64,000 nucleotides of DNA from Chrysemys picta bellii (Eukaryota). Shown here in pieces: positions 62,552 through 64,000 of the stretch; within the stretch, counting starts at the first letter, position 1, and each line of letters begins with the position of its first letter. The notes under the pieces are model-generated. The model made no database searches. It was not told the origin of the DNA and saw only the letters and a program-made list of their open reading frames with translations. The DNA lies in NCBI RefSeq assembly GCF_011386835.1, contig NC_088802.1:43152001-43216000 (forward strand). The letters run 5' to 3'. The position numbers were made by a program, and so were the translations under genes.

Positions 62552-62689
62552 CAGTGAATGCTCACCGTCCGACGAAGTGGACATTCACCCACGAAAGCTT
62601 ATGCTCCAATACATCTGTTAGTCTTAAAGGTGCCACAGGACTCTCTGTTGCTTTTTACAGATTCAGACTAACACGGCTATCCCTCTGAT
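62552..62689 (+). mobile_element. Solo Penelope terminal-repeat fragment carrying a degenerate hammerhead motif (62566-62603)
   Basis: ccgacgaagtggacattcacccacgaaagcttatgctccaatac...ccctctgata matches 4344-4466; flanked by direct repeat actcttctcttttt at 62538-62551 and 62690-62703. Confidence 0.88.
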
Positions 62690-62719
62690 ACTCTTCTCTT
62701 TTTGTTTCAAACCTTGAAG

Positions 62720-62857
62720 GATGAGGCTCGGATCCAGAAGGTGACAAAACGCATGCACACTCTAGAGGAAGTGAATAACAACGTGAAGCTGCTGAATGAG
62801 ATGCTGGTTCACTACAGCAAAGAGGACTCGTCAGAGGCTGATAAGGAGCTCATGAAG
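62720..62857 (+). CDS. GGA3: GGA3 coding exon 8 (GAT domain); gene continues beyond window
   Basis: DEARIQKVTKRMHTLEEVNNNVKLLNEMLVHYSKEDSSEADKELMK; ttgaag| and |gtgagt; 138 bp. Confidence 0.95.
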
Positions 62858-64000
62858 GTGAGTACAAGCTCATCCCTCTGCATAGGAGTCCTTCAGCATT
62901 TCCTTCTTCCAGACTTTATGGAGCTTTACCTTTGCACAAAGATGCAAATATGCAGAACAAAGTGATCAATGATATAAAGCGCAGCGATCAGAGCTGAGAG
63001 CAATCAATGGGAACTATCAGCTGGAGGTGATAATACTATGCACTTAACACTTTTCAGCTGAAGGACTCAAAATTCCTTCTAAAGAAGCAGGCACTATCTC
63101 TATTTACAGGTGGTGAAAGTGAGCGCACCAGGAATGCATGACTTGCTGAGATCACACGGTGTGTCAGTGGCAGAATCAGGAAGCCACATTTTCTGATTCC
63201 CAGTGCCACTGGCCATGCTGCTTGTGGTGGAAATAGTCATCTCCCAAAGCACCATAGTCAAATAAACTTAAAATCTTTGATCCAAACAACAAAGGTTTCC
63301 TTCCCTTCAGGGGAAGAGCTTGTAGACACTGTATTTAATGGAGAGAGCACCAAGAAAATAATAACCAAAAGGGACCAATCGAGCACCTGAGGTGATGATA
63401 AAAAACAACAACAACTAATTCAGAAACTTTCCCTTCCTTGAACCCATCTCCACCAGAGTGGAGGTAGTGACCTGTGTGCTCATGGACCACTCCCTGGACT
63501 GAAGACAGGAATTTTGGTTATGGCACAGGACTGGGACTAAGGAGATCTGGATTCAGTTCCCAGCTCTGACTTCGAGCAAGTCATGTGGTTTCTTGTGCCC
63601 AGTTCCCCATCTGTAAAATGGGGATGACGATACTTCCATTCTCCCAATTAGATCGGAGGCTTTTTGGGGCAGGGAGTGTACAGGACCTAGCACAATGGGA
63701 TCCCATCCTCATTTGGGGTCGTAAGGAGCTACTGTAACAGAGATGATGATAAAAATAGTCCAGCATATGGAGTATAAAGAGAATTAAGCATAAATGGCGA
63801 TAGCATGGAGGACTGATGGTATCAGTGGCATGCCATGACATTTGTAGTAAGACATGCAACAACTCACTTGCATGCCTTACGTGGTCCAAAATTGTGTCCT
63901 CCATGCAGCATGACCTTCCAAGTACAGCAAGATTTACAAAATGGCATCCCCCTGCGGGGCTGGACAGAATAGTCCTGTGGGCCGCCAGTTGGACAATGCA

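Noticed and set aside
13087-62719. Four of 24 mapped acceptors are AAG (13087, 36825, 56347, 62717)
   Set aside because: Small sample; AAG acceptors are a known minority class and may be conserved orthologous sites.

Overview
Vertebrate nuclear DNA, most likely turtle (inferred from the repeat repertoire: CR1 LINEs, Penelope-like elements, hAT/Harbinger MITEs, LF-SINE- and MIR-like SINEs). It is syntenic with human 17q25.1 and holds five intron-containing genes mapped by hand to splice sites: the last two exons and 3' UTR of GRB2 (+), complete SLC25A19 (+, 324 aa), complete MIF4GD (+, 222 aa), complete MRPS7 (-, 240 aa) and the first 8 coding exons of GGA3 (+). Most long ORFs in the track are repeat- or GC-driven artefacts. 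Most interesting signals: (1) minimal, probably dimer-dependent hammerhead ribozyme motifs in Penelope terminal repeats. One lies on the GRB2 pre-mRNA strand beside a 95%-identical antisense copy; another inserted into and duplicated the polypyrimidine tract of a GGA3 exon. (2) A CpG-enriched region at 22.7-23.6 kb that looks like a bidirectional promoter, with a candidate spliced minus-strand gene (164-aa ORF, strong Kozak) overlapping a 42-aa transmembrane-like ORF on the plus strand. (3) Interleaved convergent poly(A) signals for MIF4GD and MRPS7. (4) MRPS7 and GGA3 start codons 1.8 kb apart with a transposon between their CpG clusters. All functional claims are untested inferences.
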